Shown: positions 21,688-32,850 of the stretch, in pieces
Position numbering within the stretch: position 1 is the stretch's first letter
Layout of the letters: each line of letters starts with the position of its first letter
Source: Eutreptiella sp. 'Long Island Sound 2002'
Lineage: Eukaryota; Protista; Euglenida
Reading direction: 5' to 3'
DNA: 64,000 nt
Assembly: GCA_964036045.1 (NCBI GenBank)
Contig: OZ038378.1
Location: 185,690,001-185,754,000 of the forward strand
Made by a program: the position numbers and the translations under genes
Notes under the pieces: generated by a model
The model's database searches: none
Told to the model about the DNA's origin: nothing
The model's input: only the letters and a program-made list of their open reading frames with translations

Positions 21688-23539
21688 TGCAACAGGGACA
21701 GCCCCCCCCCCCCCGAAAAAAAATGTACAGAAGTGGCCATTCGGACGGCCCTGCGGGCCCCCTCGTCTACCGGGGCTGTAGTGCTGCAACCTGGGCATTT
21801 TGCTCTGGTAGGTCCTGGGTTAGAGAAGCGCTATGAGCGCCCTAGGACCTCTCCATCTCCCCGTGCTGCGCACTCAGGCCGTGGGATGCTGGACCCATCC
21901 TGTATGGCTACACCACCTGTGCCACCTGGCAGTCAAGGAGTGTGGGTCCTCCCCAGTCGTGCCTTGTACCACTGCTGCCCCTGTGCCTACGCTTGGTCTT
22001 GGGGCAGCTTGGCAGCTTGTCCCTCTGACATAGAGGCCGCGAAGCCGTTGGCGCCAGAAACCCTTTTTTTCACCAACAAAAAAATGCTATGTCTCCCACG
22101 TCTGTAAACTCAAACGGTCAGAATTTTACTGGCCTCTCAGATATTCCTGGGTGTCAGTTATCTCAACACAGTGCAATTTAATTTTTTGTTCTTTTCCTTT
22201 TAGTATGCAAAAGTACAATTGCGGTGCATTTTTGAGGGTTTGTGACCATGCTGACATTGCTGCCCACTGAGTGTCTTGCAGGGGTGGACATGTGGGGTAG
22301 ATATTCGAACAGCCTTTCTGCCACACCATCAATTTGACATGCAAACACAGGGTGTTTGAAATGAGCCTTTTAAAGGGCTGTCTGAATATACCCGTATCCA
22401 CCATACAAGATGTGGATGCATGTATGGAGTACCCCAGAGCTCCCCCATGGTACTGCTTTAAGCAGCGCTTGTGGTTATGCTGTGATCCCTTGCATCGCTT
22501 GGACACAAGCGCGTTCACCGAATTGGGAGATTGGTTGCAGTGCTGCAGATACTTTCGAGTGCCTGTTGAATGGTTCGCTGCTCTTGCCCTTACTCTGACA
22601 ATGTCTGATATAGTGATTGCCTCAATACCTGGTTATGGGACAAAAATCAGACATTGCAGTTGCCCTTTTGGGGCCGCCTCTTTCTCTTGTGGTTTTGAGC
22701 CCCAATGGCATCTCTAGTCCAGCTCCAGTGTACCGCCAATATCTCTTTCCAAGTCCACCGGACCATTGTCAGGTCAGATGCACCTGATCGCGGATGAGCA
22801 GTATCCGTTGTGCTCATGTGCAAGTGCAAGTGCGGTCCTACTTTTGCACATGTCCGCAGGGTGTGACATGGTCCTCTTTGGTGGCCTTTAGTAAAGAGGA
22901 TGAAGAATGGAAGCCACAGTGCACTGTAAAGCGATTTGTAGAGGGGCACTCGATTGTGAAGTGCACGGCAATTTACTGCAGAGATCCAGGTCCTAAACTG
23001 CTGCCCTGCCCAAACCCTGCCCCTTGCAATACTATTGTTTGACACACCCCAACTGCACATTCATGATACCAAAATGTTGGTGTTGTTGGATCTATTTTGG
23101 GTGCCATTGTGGCACGGATGCTGCTCAGAATGATCTGCATTTCACGGGAATTGCGCATTTGCTCGTTGAACTGAAAATGCACCCGCCCCCTGCACTGCCG
23201 CGTGCCTCAACCCTCAGCCTGAGTACAGAGCCGCTGCAGGGTGGGGGGCTTAGGCGGCCCGTTTGGGGGTGCCTGAAAACATCCCTTTGCCCCCCCTTTT
23301 TTTGGGTTCGCACAAACCACTTTCTGTAGCAATATTGCACCCACTGTAATTGGGGTGAGTCGCAGACACCGTGTTCCGGAGGTGTTCGAGTTGGGCACTG
23401 TCAGAATTCTGACAGTGCCTTTCCGTTTTACAGGGTACACTTTTGGGGGGGTTGTGAGGTGAGGTGGGGTGGGGGTGGGGGTGGGGTGGGGGGTGAGGTC
23501 AAAAATTCGTTGGCCTGTTCCAGCCACTATGCGTGCATC

Positions 23540-24760
23540 CGAAACCAGGCCCACGTGGCATTTCTTTCTCTGTATGGACCCCACTGGCCAATGGCAGGGC
23601 CCCAGATTCTACCTCCCGGTTTGTGAGATCGGCCACCTTATAGTGCCCTACAGACGAAGACTTGACGGTTTTTAGGCGGGCATCAATTGGCTAAAAATTT
23701 TCGACATTTTGACTTCTTCCAACAACCTGGCTTCCGGCTCTATGATGGGTGTGGTTCATCATTTAGTGACTATCTGGATGCACTAGCACCCATGTTGACC
23801 CACATAGCGGCTGCTATACCCATGTAGCCGGGTCATGGCCCCACTGAAACACCAGAAATTGCTGTTTGCTGGCTGTTCAGTGGCACCGAGAAATCGTGAA
23901 AATTCGTCTTTTTCCAAATCTTTCTGTGGGGTTTGGGATGGGTTTGGATCATCATTTGGTTGCAAAAGGGGCACTCAAGTGCCCGTGGGGCCCCACCCCA
24001 CAGGTGAAGATTCGGCTGTTTGCAAGCTGGCATGAGTTGGTTGACAAATCACGGTGTCTGAGAGGCCTCGAAGGTACCCTTGGATCATGTTTGAGTGATC
24101 ATTTGGTGGTGATGGGAGTGTGCATAAACCCATGGGGAGCCATGTAGCACCAATCAGGCCCTCCGATTAGTGCCAACTAGGGCCCAAAAGTGCCGTTTTA
24201 TGGGCTTCTTAGCCGCCACTGCAAGTCCATTCTGACCCTGGAAAATTGTTTTCTTCTGTATGGACCCACTTACCAATGGGGGTAGTCCTAGGCTCTATCT
24301 CCGATCACCCCTGATCGGCCCCCTCATGGCGCGCTACGAGTGAGGATGATGGTTTTCAGTCCGGCATAGAAATTGCAATTTGTGGTTGGCCTTCAATGAC
24401 CCCAGGAGGCTTTTGGGCCAGGCTTGGGTGATCATTTGGTGACAATCCAAGCATGTATAAACCCATGAGAGCCTTCCTAGTGGTGCCCAATTGGTCCCAA
24501 CAGCGCCATTTTTGGCCTATGTGCACCTTGGTGGGCAATACCACCATTTAGTGGCAATGCAGGCACCCTATTTCCCATGGGGACCCAGTTCGCGGCTACT
24601 GGGCCCATGTAACCAAGCCCGTTGGCTCCCCGAAAGCCCCGATGTTGCTGTTTTGGCACAGGGGCTCCTTGTCCCTCTTCGAGGTGCCTTGCCGAAGGCA
24701 ACAGAATTTTTGGTGCAAATTTCAAAAATAATCGAAAACAAACTTGTTAATTTTCGCGAG
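23540..24760. repeat. Dispersed family with degenerate GGGTGATCATTTGGTGAC repeats (copy 1)
   Basis: The motif recurs at about 23945, 24095 and 24425; TGTATGGACCC..CCAATGG occurs at about 23570 and 24255. Homologous to 54170-55800. Confidence 0.75.
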
Positions 24761-25709
24761 ACCTGCTTTGCAATAATAGAAATTCTGCAAATCCTTACGG
24801 TTTGTCGTACAGTATGGAACACCCACCACCATGACAGCACTTACGCCAGGCCTACTCCACGTGCCCCCCAGCTGCTCCAGCATCGGCTCCGGTCCTGCCA
24901 TTGCTCTTGCATTCTCTCCTTCAGAAAGTGTGTGGCACAGCGAACTGGTGATTTCCCATGTCAGCACTCTGTGTGAAGAGTGTGATATGAAGGCAGACAT
25001 TACGCGGCGGTGCAAAGAGATTCCGGTATGGTGCCTTGGATCTCTCAAGCCCCCTGCCACCACGGGCACGCCTTGCAGAGCGCCAGGGAGGTAACCTGCA
25101 GCAATGCATGACCAGGGCTGGGCACAGTGTTGTCTCTGCTCCCATGCTGCCACATGGGGCAAGTGAAGGGGGAGGGATGACAGGGCCAAAGGCAGTGTGA
25201 TGGGCAAGAGGAAGACGCTTCTGAGCCCTCCCCTTAAAGGAACAGTGACAGCACCAACAACAGTAATAACAACAACAATTTCAGCAACGACAACAGCAAC
25301 GTACTGGGAGCAACAACAATACCAACAATAACAGCACCGGTGGTGAGCACCCTCCAAACTCCACAGTTTTCGGAAAGGCTATGTGTAGAGCGTGGAAAAA
25401 AATTCAGAAAATGCTATGGCACACAACCTACACCCCCAAAAAATAAGACGTACGCTTTTTTTTGTGAAGCGACTTACATGCAAAAAAAAAAGTGCAAGCG
25501 ACGTACAGGGGAAAAAAAAACATGGGACTTACGCTTTTTTTTTTGTTATGCTACCCCCCCCCAAAAAACAACAAATAGTGCACGCGACCTACAGCAAAAA
25601 ATATGTGAATTACGCCTTTTTTGTTACGCGCCCTCCATCCAAAAAAAACCGTGCACACAACCTACACCAAAAAACAAAAATGAACGCTGCCAACCCTTCA
25701 GTGTTTGTG

Positions 25710-25823
25710 TGGCCCCTTGAGTTGGGGTTAAGGACTCCCACGCTTTGGCGTGGCCTCTTGAGTTGAGTTTAAGGACTCCCACGCTTTGGTGTGGCCCCTT
25801 GAGTTGGGGTTGAGGACTCCCAC
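25710..25823. repeat. 41-bp tandem repeat x3
   Basis: TGGCCCCTTGAGTTGGGGTTAAGGACTCCCACGCTTTGG at 25710, 25751 and 25792. Confidence 0.9.
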
Positions 25824-25864
25824 ATTGCGAGGCTATTGTACTAGCCGGTAGGGTAAGTGCACTT

Positions 25865-26345
25865 TCAAATGAGGAGCCCTCCTTATTTGATGAGGAGGAG
25901 CCCCTCTCTCCGCCCACAGTAGCCGAACCTTCGGATGCTGGCACTCCCGAGGAAGATATTGCTATCCCTATCATTGAAGCACTGAAGGTCATGAGTAGGC
26001 CGCTTCTTGAAGGTCACGAGTAGGCCGCTTCTGGATGAGACCAAACCTCTTGTGGTGGGAGATTGGTTGAGTGACAAGAATGTTACTACATGGCTTGCGT
26101 ACAAGTTGTATCACAATGAAATCGGTGAGCTGAGGGCATAGACTATAGCGGTGACATACGTTGTGTCCCGCCTACAAAGAAGGAAGAAGTACAAAAGGAC
26201 TCACGCAACCTGTGGTGGTTTGGCCTTGAGGCGGCGGCACATATTTATTGTCAATAGTGATGAGCGCGAAGGCCTCCACTAGTTTGTTTGTGCCATGGAG
26301 TACACAGTGCCAATATGGGCCTTCAAAGTGTGGATTAGGGAGCAG
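25865..26345 (+). pseudogene. Ulp1/C48 SUMO-protease-like relic (TE-borne)
   Basis: After removing a 25-bp tandem duplication (25984-26032) it reads GDWLSDKNVTTWL...HIFIVNSDEREGLH*FVCAM...KVWI. This fits WLxD and the catalytic HW motif, with TGG changed to TAG at 26280. Confidence 0.65.
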
Positions 26346-26593
26346 ACCTTTGCTTAAGGTTCCTCCCACCCCACTGGGGTGGGGGGGGGTGGGGGGGGTC
26401 TATGGCCTGTGGGTGGGTGGGTTAGTTTGGTTTTGGGCAATTTGGCCCACGGTGCCTACTGCCCCCCTGGGGGGGGGGCTTGCGGGGGCACCCCTCCCTC
26501 TACAAGGTGCCCATGTACTCCACAAGGGCGGGGGCTGCGCCCTCGCGCGCCGGGAGGTGCCCGCCACGGGGATGGCAACAGGGCTGGTCACGG

Positions 26594-26704
26594 CCAACCG
26601 CACACGGGATAGTCCATGTCGTACAGAGATGTGAAATCCTCGTACGGCCAGCCAACCGCACACGGGACAGTCCATGTCGTACAGAGATGTGAAATCCTCG
26701 TACG
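26594..26704. repeat. 58-bp tandem duplication
   Basis: CCAACCGCACACGGGA(T/C)AGTCCATGTCGTACAGAGATGTGAAATCCTCGTACGG at 26594 and 26652. Confidence 0.9.
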
Positions 26705-28616
26705 GGGGGGGGGGGGGGCAGGCGGGTGGGATAGGAGTGGGTGCGCGAAAGGGGCACCCAAGAGGGCCAATAGACACGGGGAAGAGCAACACAGACACAC
26801 AGAACGTGGGAGCCACACCATGAGGGACAAGGGCGAGCACAACAGACAAGGAGGAGGGGCACAACAAGGCCAAAGAGGCACCCAGAACAGCGGGAACAGG
26901 GAACCAGAATGGAGGGGATGGGAGAGCGTGCGCATGGGAGGCAGCGATAACAAAGGGGATGGCCTGGCCAGCCATCCCCGTTGCTACCGGGTGCCAGGGC
27001 AACCCCAACTCAACCGGCATCAAGTGGGGGGTGTCTCCCGCGCTATTTGGCAACAGGATCGGGCGCCCATTAGGGGCAGACTAGCCGTGAGGGGGAAAAG
27101 GACATATGGTGGACGGCCGGGACAATGTGCGGAGGAGCAGGGCACCTAGGCCTCACGCACGCAGAAACACAGCAAGGTAGGCTATGGACGGCCTGTGGAC
27201 AGAGGCGCATGGATAGCAAAAACAGTCAAACAACCCCGGCAACAACCACCAACGCATCCTCAATACGCCAACTATTGGGCGCCGCTAACGCGCAAATGGC
27301 ACACCATGCCACATTCAGCACTGCCCCAACACACCAACTACTGGGCTCACGAACGCGGAAACAACACCAACAAGAGCACCGGCCGCAGCGGCCGACAGAA
27401 AGCAGCAACCCGACGCAACATGCGAAGGGAAGAACGGGTGATTGTCCAAGGCCCCGTAAAGGAACAACAACCAGATGGAATGTCACACAGGGGGGTAGGG
27501 TCTAGGTGGCTGGGTTCACAGAAGCTGGACACGATGCGGCACGGACAATCGCAGTTTTGTTGGTTGAGGGTGACAGTGATAGGTCGAACGTTAGGCTATA
27601 TCTAGTTTTTGGTCGCATTGTAGCAATGATAGCAGATGGTCTAGCAGTATACCACCGACGTGATCCCAGATTCAATTCTTGGGTTAGCCAATTTTTAACA
27701 TCACAGATCACCGCCCTTTCCTCGAGACTTTTGGTATGCAATGGACATGGGATGCGGGATGAGAGACCCCCCCCCCCCCCCCCAGTGGGTGGCTCAGCTT
27801 GGGTATGTGGTGGGTGGGTTGGCTAGTCCTCAGTCAGCCCCAAAATGATCCCCCGCCCCCCCCAAGCAAATCTCTGTTTGGGAACCACTGTCTGGTATTT
27901 CCTTGATTTGGCCAATGTTGAAACGCCTTTGACAAAACGGCATCTCGCAACGTGCGCGGGCTTTGGGTTTCCAAAAGGATGGTCGGTCATTTGGCAATCA
28001 ATCCTTCCATCTTTGCGATGAGGTGGTTGGCCATTAGGGAAGCTTGGAGCAAGCCTATTCTTCGTAGTGTTCAGTGCAAAGGTCCCTCACCGTTGTTGCT
28101 GCTGCCGCCGCTACTGCTGCTGTTGCATTCACAAAGCAAATGAAAGTGAGTGACGAAGCCACAACTAATCAAGAACGAAGGTGGCAGCCCAACCCCTGCC
28201 AAATGACATTCGGAGATGCTTTCCATGTTAATGCTAGGTGGAAACAAGAGGCCGAAGGCAGCAAATGGGAATCTGGCAATGAGACAAACATTCCGCTCTC
28301 ACCCACAAAATTGCACCATTGCCCCCTCCCAATCTCTATCACAAATGACCTAAAGCAACAAAAGCAGGTCATGAAACAGACATTGCAGTGGTCACCAGTC
28401 ACCGGCTGTACTGTTTCATGCATGTGCTGGCCAATTTTGATATTTTCGGAAAGTTCTTTTGCGCGGTACCCCAAAATGCTCAGCATGTCCTGGGGTATAT
28501 GTGCTTGGGTATCCGTTGGTGGGCTATGCACGTGGAGGGGGCGTACTGCACGCTGTGCTCACAAATTGTGTGGCCCCATGCCACCTCAGCGTACTGGGCT
28601 GTGTCCTTCTCCGCAG

Positions 28617-28735
28617 ACATTCCTCGCACTGGTGCACCGGTTCATTATTCGACTGAAGGCGGAGAACGAGAGTGTCAAGCAAGAGCTGTTGGAGGCCAGT
28701 AGGAAGACCGCCCGAAAGAAGGATGAGTCCATGAA
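28617..28735 (+). CDS. Putative exon 12, coiled-coil-like (TFLALVHRFIIRLKAENESVKQELLEASRKTARKKDESM-K)
   Basis: ccttctccgcag acceptor, GAA|GTATG donor and charged helical composition. Confidence 0.68.
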
Positions 28736-29490
28736 GTATGCTCGCCCTCATCCGTCATTGCTCACATCACGGGAAGTCGGGATTTCAATTGCGGTGTGAG
28801 AGGTGGGTGGGGGATGGGCAGGCCTGGAGGGGGGGGGGGGGGGCAGGCACTCCAACCTCTCTATGGGGTGACATTCGGCCATGCCAATCGCTTTTGTCCG
28901 CCCTCAGCCGCCCTCCATCGGTTTGTGCCTGCTGAAACATTGCTGGAACTTGCCTCCCGATCACTCGCCAACTGTCAGTAGCCCGCTTTTGCAACCACTT
29001 GCCTGCCGACGGTAGGGACCATGGTTCTGTCACTATCAAAGGTGGTTATGGCAACGTAGTTGTCCGGAAAGTACGAAAAGCGGTCATCCAGTGCATGCTG
29101 CTCAGCACGCTGTAGGGCCATTTTGCAGGGCTCGTGTGACGGTTCTTGACCTACAACCCATACCCAATGGGATCAATCACCCACCACACCCCGATGCCAT
29201 CCAAGTGACGCCAGGCAGGCACAGGGACAGGCACAGGGACAGGCACAGGGACATGGTGAGGGACCGGGCATCTGCATGACCCTCTGCGCTACCATTTTTG
29301 GGGGCTCTGTCGACCCTTTGTACGGCGTTTCTTCCATTTGTTGATGTACAGGCACCTGAACACTCCCCCGTTCTCCTTCTGCAGTTCTTCTTTCGGCTGT
29401 TTTGGTGTGTTTTCTTACATTTGTTTTCGGTGCCTGGGATGCGCACTGCCCTACCCCCCCCCCCCCCCCCCTCGTTGGAAGGGGGGGGAG

Positions 29491-29934
29491 CTGGATTGGT
29501 CTCCAAAGTGGCGTCGGCATGGGTGGCGCACGTCCTCAGGGGAGGTGGGGCACAGGGACTTGTGGGAGACCATTCTCTGGGAGCGGGAACGGGCGGGGGA
29601 CGAGCTGCAGATCCACTAGATCCCGTCACACCTCGGGGTGCAGAGTAATGAGGAGGCGGATGCCCTAGCAGAAGCAGGGCTCATGTCCCATCCGAACAAT
29701 GACAGGCCTGTGGCCAAGAGACCGCGGATAGAACCAATGTGGGAGGACTTGGGGCTGGAAGAGATGTCGTCGGAAGTGTCCAGTTCACAGAGGTCGGAGT
29801 TCTCGTCTACGACAGTGTCGGAGGCGGAGGACATGGAGAGTGCGTCTACCTCGAGTGAGGGATCGGAAGGGGGAGGTTCGTCGTCAGGATTCAGCACGGA
29901 TGTCAGCACTAACCCCAAGAGGCGCAGAGGCTGA
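29491..29934 (+). pseudogene. RNase HI-like domain (C-terminal half) with acidic Ser-rich tail; probable retroelement 3-prime end
   Basis: LDWSPKWRRHGWRTSSGEVGHRDLWE...LQIH*IPSHLGVQSNEEADALAEAG matches W..W...GWKT..G....N.DLW and W(V/I)PSH.G..GNE.AD.LA. One stop at 29617. Confidence 0.85.
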
Positions 29935-31212
29935 AAGTGCACCTGACCGAAGGGAGGGAGAGCAGCACTATCTGTTACGGCGCCTCCGGCGCCGTATCTG
30001 TGAACGATCTGTGGCGGCGGCTTTGCCGCCGTATTGATGACTCGGCACATTGTGAGAGCGTGGGTCTGTCGGTGGGGACCTGTCGCTGGACTTTCCACCG
30101 CTCATGGAAGGGGGGGGAGCGTCCTCCTGCACCAGCACTGTTGCTGTTGCAGACTTTTCTTCCAATTGGGGCCTAGACCAACTCTTGTCCCCCCCCCCCC
30201 CCCTACCGTAGCCCCTACAGGGCCCAGACCAGCGGCCTGTTAAATCTGTTGGCACAAGCCGATCCTGTTCCCTCATTCCCTCATGCCGCTATTGCCTTCC
30301 TCCGTTTCAGTTCCTGCATTCAGAAGTGTGCAGGGGTTAAAGGCAGGGGGGGGAATTGAGGTCCGCAATTTTCCGCAATTTTCCACAATTTTTCTGCTTT
30401 GCCCTTCTTACGTGCCTGCAGGTGACCCTAGCTGTCAATGCTGAACCATACTGGTGTGCACAATCTTGTAGAACAATGAGACTCCTTTTTGCCCACGCTT
30501 GAAGATGACAACATCCGCCGCCTTCGGTTCATGCTTCAATTCCATGGTGATATTGAGGGGCGCCTCCTGTAATTGTGCTGCCCATGGACCTTTTGTATGA
30601 CTGCAAAAAATCTCAGCCACCTGTCCAGAACTGTTGCACCTTGAGGGTTACGGAGGGTTGCTTACAATGTCGCAATTTTTCCGCAATTTTCCGCAATTTC
30701 CCGCAATTTTTCCGCACTTTTTCGCAATTGGTTTCAACCCCCCCCCCCCCCCCCCAACCGCAATCCCCCCCCCCCCTGGTTAAAGGGCTGTGTGGCGGGA
30801 GTACCGGGCCGTTGTGCCGAGGGATTGGATGGGGATCCAGGCCCCGCTGTTCCGTGGCCTGAACTCCTGTATGGAGAGCTAGAAACGGCTCTCCAACCGT
30901 TTTTATAACGAAAGATTTTGTTCTGCACCGCTTTTTCAGTCGCCAATAACCGTTTTTGCCACTGTGCCGGTTACCTGCTTTAAGCTCCTTCTTCTTGAAG
31001 CACAGGCTTATCAGTGTTAGCCCCCCGCCCCCCCGCCCTCGCAACACAGAGGACCACTAAGAGGCAAACAATAACATGGTGCAAGTGATATTTGGGAGTG
31101 GTTGCTCGTTGCAGCCGCATGCACCTCATGCCGAGGGCAATGGAGCGACCCAGTCCCTTTGTCTAACATGTGTGATCAGGTTGCCCCATCGGTTGATTCC
31201 ATGTGCTCTCAG

Positions 31213-31321
31213 GGATTGGGCCATCGTGCTGCTGCAGCGGCTTACGGCGTTCGAGAAAGAGTTTATGGAGTGTGATTTATTGAAGACCGCCCGCGCCCAT
31301 AGTACCAGTCACGAGGAGCAG
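31213..31321 (+). CDS. Putative exon 13 (DWAIVLLQRLTAFEKEFMECDLLKTARAHSTSHEEQ)
   Basis: gctctcag acceptor (phase 2 fits exon 12) and CAG|GTAGC donor. Confidence 0.66.
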
Positions 31322-32799
31322 GTAGCTTTCTGCCCGGGCCTCAGTGTGCACGGTGGGCCGCACAGGGCTAAATCCACCTCAGTGTCCAAGGCCCCCTGAG
31401 AGCTACCCCCTGACTTCCATCTACTCTTCCCCCCCGGGCCCAGTCCTGGGAGATCCGGCTCTTGGAACGGGGCGTGGTCTAGATAAGGGTGCGCTGTGCT
31501 AACAGGGCTCCAAGGCCGACTTAGAGTGGTAACAAATTGGTGTGACAGCTGCTTGTTTGGGGATGGGGTGCACGCCTGACCTGAATGAGACCTGAATGAG
31601 AATGGCAGAGGACACTGGAACGTTCAGGCACGGTAGGAGCCTCCTGTACCAGCTGGCGTTTGAGCGAATTTGTATGTCCTCATCGGAGTTGATCTCCAAA
31701 GGCGCTCCACAGCACAAAACCAATCCTCCAGTGGGGCCTTGACGGTCACCCACTGGTGATGTGCTTAGTGCAGGGAACTGAGTGGGCATGCCAAAGACGA
31801 GGCTGACAGGCTTTGGGGCGAGAATGATGGGAAGTTTGCAGGGGGGAGGGTGACGGTAAAAGTAACGAGAATGCTTTTTCTGCGGCGCACCTGTAAGAGA
31901 CTTAGCAAGGAAACAGTACATTGTGGCGTGTTAGTTGAATTGCATGATTGTTATGCAGTGATCACAATTTTATCACGTGGAAATGTCTTGCTTTCGTGCT
32001 GATCCCAGACCCCAAGAACCCCGTCCCCCATTTTTTCCCGTTTCCCCCTGATGATTCGTGTGGTTTGTGTACATGCAAGTGAAAAGGGTAGTCTAGTGAA
32101 AAGTAGTGAAAGCCAAATCCCCCTGCACGCCTGCTGCGCCTTTGAGCATTCTCAAATGTGGGTTGCAAAAGTTCCAGGCAAGAAGCTGTATCCGTTGGAT
32201 GGTGATGTCCTTATGCACCAAAGGGCATTACCCTTTGGTGCACAAGGGTGATGCCTGGGGGCACCGTCCCCAAAACATTCCGGACAAGAGCTCCAGAAAG
32301 CTGGGAGCCAAGGGTGCCCCTTTGTGGCTCCTTCCGCTGCACTTCGGAGCGGTTTGGTACCTGTCAAACAAGGATCATACACGGTGTGGCCGGAGGGCCG
32401 TCATGTGTATGACAGAAGAATGGGACGCAGAGGACTGAATAGAACTGCCGGTGACACCAGTGGACGATGAGAAGTGAGACCCGATGTGCTTGCGACAGAT
32501 GGTCTGTGGTTGGGCCTGCACGGCAAAGCGGGCAAGTTTTTCGTGGGACGTGACGCAGCTCGTGGCGTGGCCCATGGCTGAGGAGTGGCGGGTGGCATGA
32601 CTGCCGGATAGCTGCGGTGACTGGCTCAAGGCGTTGCACTATGAAGTGTGGTTTGGGACGCGAGGCTCTCCTGGGTCGGGGGGCGTTTGGATCGAGGTGG
32701 GGTGTGGGTATTACAGCACGCAACGAGCAAGCATAGATGCCCCCCCCCCCCCCCCCCTCCGCTGCTTGCAACCTCCCGCACTGAATCGCTCTCTTGCAG

Positions 32800-32850
32800 A
32801 AACTGGAGCTTGAGAAAGATAAAATGAAGAAAGCGTTTCGGGACATTCAG
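32800..32850 (+). CDS. Putative exon 14 (KLELEKDKMKKAFRDIQ)
   Basis: ctcttgcag acceptor, CAG|GTGCG donor, phase 0/0 and coiled-coil composition. Confidence 0.7.

Noticed and set aside
22126-23330. MULE or integrase relic
   Set aside because: Only vague motif echoes (NSVNAL, IRCI*PDNG); the call cannot be supported.
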